Source: SAR86 cluster bacterium (GTDB lineage Bacteria > Pseudomonadota > Gammaproteobacteria > Magnimaribacterales > D2472). Taken from it: 44,216 nucleotides of DNA. Position numbers and translations under genes: made by a program. Location of the stretch: NCBI GenBank assembly GCA_029254395.1, contig JAQWXQ010000065.1, positions 1 to 44,216 on the forward strand, in the 5' to 3' direction. Shown here piece by piece: positions 40,509 through 44,216 of the stretch (its first letter is position 1; each line of letters starts with the position of its first letter). The notes beneath the pieces were generated by a model that saw nothing but the letters and a program-made list of their open reading frames with translations, ran no database searches and was not told where the DNA came from.

Positions 40509-41872
40509 TCAAATGAATCATAAAAACCATCATTAGAAAAATTCTCAAATCTTGTGTATTCTTTTAAGAATGTCAAATGAACCGTTCCGATTGGGCCATT
40601 CCTTTGTTTGCCTATGATGATTTCAGCTTTATTGCCTTGCTCTGAGTCCTCATTGTAAACCTCATCTCTATAGATAAACAATATTACATCAGCATCCTGC
40701 TCAATCGCACCAGAGTCTCTTAAGTCAGCCATTATTGGCCTTTTGTTTGGGCGCTGCTCAACAGCACGATTTAACTGAGAGAGTGCAATAACAGGAACAT
40801 TGAGTTCTTTGGCGAGAGACTTTAAAGCTCTTGAGATCTCTGATATTTGATTAACACGATTCTCGGCAGACGTTGGAAGCTGCATCAACTGAAGATAGTC
40901 AACAACTATTAATGACAACCCTCCTTCAGATCTAGCAAGTCTTCTAGCTTTTGCTCTTAGCTCCATTGGGCTTAGCAATGAGCTATCATCAATCCATAAA
41001 GGTAAATTTTTTAACCTCTCTCCTTCTTGCAAGAGTATTTTAAGCTGATCATCGCGTAACATACCTGACCTAACATTTTGTTGGTCAAGCTTGCACATAC
41101 CAGATAACATCCTGGTTGTTAGAGATTCGCCTGGCATTTCTAAACTAAAAATAAGGACAGCACCATCTGAATCATCATTAACTAAAACATTTTCTGCAAT
41201 ATTCATAGCAAACGATGTTTTACCCATACTTGGTCTACCGGCAACAATGATTAGGTCTCCATCTTGTATGCCTTGGAGCTTTTTATCAAGATCTTTAAAC
41301 CCTGAAGAAGAGCCTATAAGTCCACCCTTTTTATTAGAAAGCTCATGCAGTCTATCCATGGTCGATGGAATAAGCTCTTTCATAGATTGCAAAGAAGAAT
41401 CATTTTGGCTTGTCTCATCATTGAGCGCAAATATTAATCTTTCCGCATGATCTAATAGCGCTTCTCCATTTTGACCTTGTGGATTGTTAATGAGTTCAGT
41501 AATTTCTGAATTTGCATGCATCAATTTTCTAGAAATTGATCGTTGTCTAATTATCTCTGCATATGCTTCGAGGTTTGCAGCTGAAGGTGTGGATGTTGCT
41601 AATTCTATTAGGTAGTTTTTACCACCTACTCTATTTAAGTTATTACTATTATCAAGTTTCTCTGAAACAGTTAATGGATCTAAAGGTTTGTTTTCATTAA
41701 CAAGCTCAGCCATGGATTCAAATATGATTTGATGATCCTTACCCTGGAAATCAACTTCAGTTATAACTTGTATTACGGTGTCGAACCTATGAGTTTCAAG
41801 CATTAGGCCGCCAAGAACTGCTCTTTCAGCCTCTCTAGCTTGATTGTTTTGATCTATTGGTGTCTCTGTCAT
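40505..41872 (-). CDS. dnaB: replicative DNA helicase DnaB
   Basis: AGRPSMGKT, FSLEM, VVDYLQLM, LSQLNR, DLRDSGAIEQDAD, KQRNGP; no intein. Confidence 0.99.
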   Translation of the reverse strand: MTETPIDQNNQAREAERAVLGGLMLETHRFDTVIQVITEVDFQGKDHQIIFESMAELVNENKPLDPLTVSEKLDNSNNLNRVGGKNYLIELATSTPSAANLEAYAEIIRQRSISRKLMHANSEITELINNPQGQNGEALLDHAERLIFALNDETSQNDSSLQSMKELIPSTMDRLHELSNKKGGLIGSSSGFKDLDKKLQGIQDGDLIIVAGRPSMGKTSFAMNIAENVLVNDDSDGAVLIFSLEMPGESLTTRMLSGMCKLDQQNVRSGMLRDDQLKILLQEGERLKNLPLWIDDSSLLSPMELRAKARRLARSEGGLSLIVVDYLQLMQLPTSAENRVNQISEISRALKSLAKELNVPVIALSQLNRAVEQRPNKRPIMADLRDSGAIEQDADVILFIYRDEVYNEDSEQGNKAEIIIGKQRNGPIGTVHLTFLKEYTRFENFSNDGFYDSFE

Positions 41873-41910
41873 AAGAATATGATTTTTACATCATATTTTA
41901 AAATAAACAA

Positions 41911-42357
41911 CTATTCAGCTAATACTTTAACCACTACGTTTGCAGAAACCTCTGGATGAACGCTTATTGTAATATTATGATCGCCTTGTTCTTTAATGGG
42001 TCCATCAGGAAGTTGCACTTCACTTTTATCTATTTCAACACCGTTATTTGTGAAAGCCTCAGCTATTTCTCTAGTACCAACCGAGCCGTATAATGCTCCC
42101 TCTTCCGTTACCGGAACAAGTATTTCACAAGAAGAGCCTTCAATAGATTCTGATCTAGCCGTTGCTTGTGTAAGTTGATCGGCTGAAGCTGCTGCTAATT
42201 CTTCTTTTTTGGATTCTACTTCTTCGATATTCCTATCACTTGCAAATGCAGCTTTTTTTTGCGGTATTAAGAAATTTCTTGCATAGCCTGAGTTTACCTC
42301 AACTATATCTCCTATCTCGCCAAGTCTTTGAATTTTATCTAATAGTATTATTTTCAT
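41911..42357 (-). CDS. rplI: 50S ribosomal protein L9
   Basis: GYARNFLIP, LYGSVG, VHPEV. Confidence 0.98.
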   Translation of the reverse strand: MKIILLDKIQRLGEIGDIVEVNSGYARNFLIPQKKAAFASDRNIEEVESKKEELAAASADQLTQATARSESIEGSSCEILVPVTEEGALYGSVGTREIAEAFTNNGVEIDKSEVQLPDGPIKEQGDHNITISVHPEVSANVVVKVLAE

Positions 42358-42366
42358 TATATTCTC

Positions 42367-42561
42367 TTATTGATGCATATCAGTGTAAGGCAAGAGAGCC
42401 AAAAATCTAGCTATCTTAACGGATTTAGTAACCTTTCTTTGGTTAGAAGCTGTAATTCCTGTAACCCTTGCTGGCATTATTTTTCCAGTTTCAGTTATGA
42501 ACTGTTTAAGTAGGTCAGTATTTTTATAATCGAATTTTTTTGGTAGATCAAATTTACTCAT
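42367..42561 (-). CDS. rpsR: 30S ribosomal protein S18
   Basis: [28 protein letters not shown]...[10 protein letters not shown]. Confidence 0.97.
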   Translation of the reverse strand: MSKFDLPKKFDYKNTDLLKQFITETGKIMPARVTGITASNQRKVTKSVKIARFLALLPYTDMHQ

Positions 42562-42956
42562 TACTTTACTCCTCTATTTGTTTTTTCAGCAGAATCCTTT
42601 CTTTGAGATGTCTCATTAATATCTGATCTTTTATTTTTAGACTCAACCATCAGAACTGATTCTTCCTCAGAATGATTGCTAACAACTAAAATGATATGAC
42701 GAATAATTGATTCGTTATATTTAATTTTTGTTTCTATTTCTATCAGTTTACTTGGATCACCCTCAAGATTCATTAATAAATAATGACCCTTGTTATGGTT
42801 ATTGATGGAGTATGCAAGTTGACGTCTACCAATATCTTCAAGCTTAGTAACTTTGAAAGAATTTTCAGATAAAAGTTGATTGAACTCGTTTTTGAAATCT
42901 TCTACTTTAGATGATAGATTTGGATTTAATATCAGGACAGCTTCGTATTTTTTCAT
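42561..42956 (-). CDS. rpsF: 30S ribosomal protein S6
   Basis: [28 protein letters not shown]. Confidence 0.96.
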   Translation of the reverse strand: MKKYEAVLILNPNLSSKVEDFKNEFNQLLSENSFKVTKLEDIGRRQLAYSINNHNKGHYLLMNLEGDPSKLIEIETKIKYNESIIRHIILVVSNHSEEESVLMVESKNKRSDINETSQRKDSAEKTNRGVK

Positions 42957-42960
42957 AATA

Positions 42961-43007
42961 TTCCCTTTGGTTAAAGATTTAAACTTTAATTAGCTTAAAC
43001 CAAGGAA
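42961..43007 (-). promoter_or_regulatory. rpsF leader RNA (S6:S18 autoregulatory element)
   Basis: Minus strand TTCCTTGGTT...TAAAG-TTTAAAT-CTTTA-ACCA-AAGGGAA: anti-SD pairing, inner hairpin and a CCR motif just before the SD, as in known rpsF leaders. Confidence 0.65.
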
Positions 43008-43037
43008 GATGCATTTTAATAGAATTAATTTTTAGAA

Positions 43038-44216
43038 TCAATACTCGCTTTTAACTATTTTTAATAGCTTAGACCATAGGGTTTGATTGCTTTCTGCAAC
43101 TAAATCCGAAGTTAGCTGATTATGGCCATGCTCCACAAGTCCAATAGAGGTTGAATATATTGGATTTTGCAAAACCCTTTCCATACCAACAAAATTATTA
43201 GGCACACCAAGCCTTACGCTTGTTTGAAAGATTGATTCGGCAAGCTCAACAACTCCTTCAATTTTGGAAGTTCCGCCAGTAAATACAATGCCCGCCGGTA
43301 TCTTGTCATCGAAACCATTTCTAGATATTTCAGCTTTAATTAATTCAAACAGCTCTACATAACGTGGTTCTATTATTTCTGCAAGAGATCTTCTTGAAAG
43401 TTCTCGTGGTGGCCTTCCACCAACACCTGGAACTTCTATGCTTTCGTCATCATTGGTAAATTCAGCAACAGAGCATCCGTGTTTTTGTTTTATCTCCTCT
43501 GCTTGCGGTGTAGGAGTTCTTAATGCTTGAGCAATGTCGCTTGTAACTTGATCGCCAGCAATGGGAATGACTCCTGTATGAACAATAGAGCCAGCATTGA
43601 ATATAGCAATATCGGTGGTTCCACCACCAATATCAACCAAACATACACCAAGATCTTTTTCATCATCAGATAAAATAGAATATGAGCTAGCCAATTGCTC
43701 CAATACGAACCCATCTACTGATAATCCACAATTTTTGACACATTTTTCAATATTTCTTAATGCGCTATTTGAGCAAGTCACGAGATGCACTCTAGCCTCT
43801 AGTCTTACTCCAGACATTCCAAGCGGCTCTTTAATGCCGTCTTGATCATCTATTACATATTCTTGTGGTAAAACATGCAGTACTTCTTGATCTGAAGGAA
43901 TTGAGACAGATGATGCAGATTCAATAACTTTTTCAATATCGAATGGTTTGACTTCTTTATCTTTAATGCCAACTATGCCCTGAGAGTTAATACTTTTTAT
44001 ATGACTTCCAGCCACTCCAACATATATTGATTTTATCTTATCTTCTTGTATTGATTGCGCTTGTTCAACAGCTTTTTTTATTGCATCAGTTGTAGCTTCT
44101 ATATTAACAACTACTCCTTTCTTGAGACCGCTCGATGGATAAGATCCAAGTGAAATAATTTCTAGTTGGCCATTTTCATCTCTAGTGCCAACAATACAAA
44201 CAACTTTTGATGTCCC
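43038..44216 (-). CDS. ftsA: cell division protein FtsA (5' end outside the window)
   Basis: Frame is open to the window edge (GTSKVVCIVG...GLKKGVVVNIE); VDIGGGTTD, IAGDQVTSDIA, FTGGTSK, C-terminal amphipathic helix. Confidence 0.98.
   Translation of the reverse strand, partial: GTSKVVCIVGTRDENGQLEIISLGSYPSSGLKKGVVVNIEATTDAIKKAVEQAQSIQEDKIKSIYVGVAGSHIKSINSQGIVGIKDKEVKPFDIEKVIESASSVSIPSDQEVLHVLPQEYVIDDQDGIKEPLGMSGVRLEARVHLVTCSNSALRNIEKCVKNCGLSVDGFVLEQLASSYSILSDDEKDLGVCLVDIGGGTTDIAIFNAGSIVHTGVIPIAGDQVTSDIAQALRTPTPQAEEIKQKHGCSVAEFTNDDESIEVPGVGGRPPRELSRRSLAEIIEPRYVELFELIKAEISRNGFDDKIPAGIVFTGGTSKIEGVVELAESIFQTSVRLGVPNNFVGMERVLQNPIYSTSIGLVEHGHNQLTSDLVAESNQTLWSKLLKIVKSEY

Noticed and set aside
42367-42956. 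Absence of priB between rpsF and rpsR
   Set aside because: priB is also absent from this operon in pseudomonads and many other gammaproteobacteria, so it is not informative.

Overview
AT-rich, extremely compact chromosomal segment of a streamlined free-living gammaproteobacterium. Gene order follows the Pseudomonas/Oceanospirillales core; SAR86-like affinity is my inference. Almost all genes are on the minus strand: ftsA (5'-truncated), rpsF-rpsR-rplI-dnaB-alr, pyrG-kdsA-eno-ftsB-ispDF-surE-pcm-DUF368, fdxA, recA, thiolase, SPFH/NfeD, proS, FmdB-aspS-yebC-[Hjc-like nuclease]-ybgC-tolQRAB-pal-cpoB-tRNA-Lys-[NTT/TLC-family transporter], bepA, AI-2E transporter, bcp, dapA-bamC-purC, iscRSUA-fdx-iscX-ndk(frameshifted)-rlmN-rodZ-ispG-hisS-yfgM-bamB-der, sdhC-sdhD. 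No CRISPR array, IS element or prophage is visible. The most striking observation is a single phage/archaeal-type Hjc-like PD-(D/E)xK resolvase sitting exactly where ruvC-ruvA-ruvB normally lie. Other notable points: a nucleotide-translocase-like gene in the usual nadA position, an ISC operon without hscBA, ProRS without its editing domain, missing mutS/rpoS/recX around recA, a perfect LexA box, an IscR operator, probable leaderless mRNAs and a candidate CTP-sensing start-site switch at pyrG.
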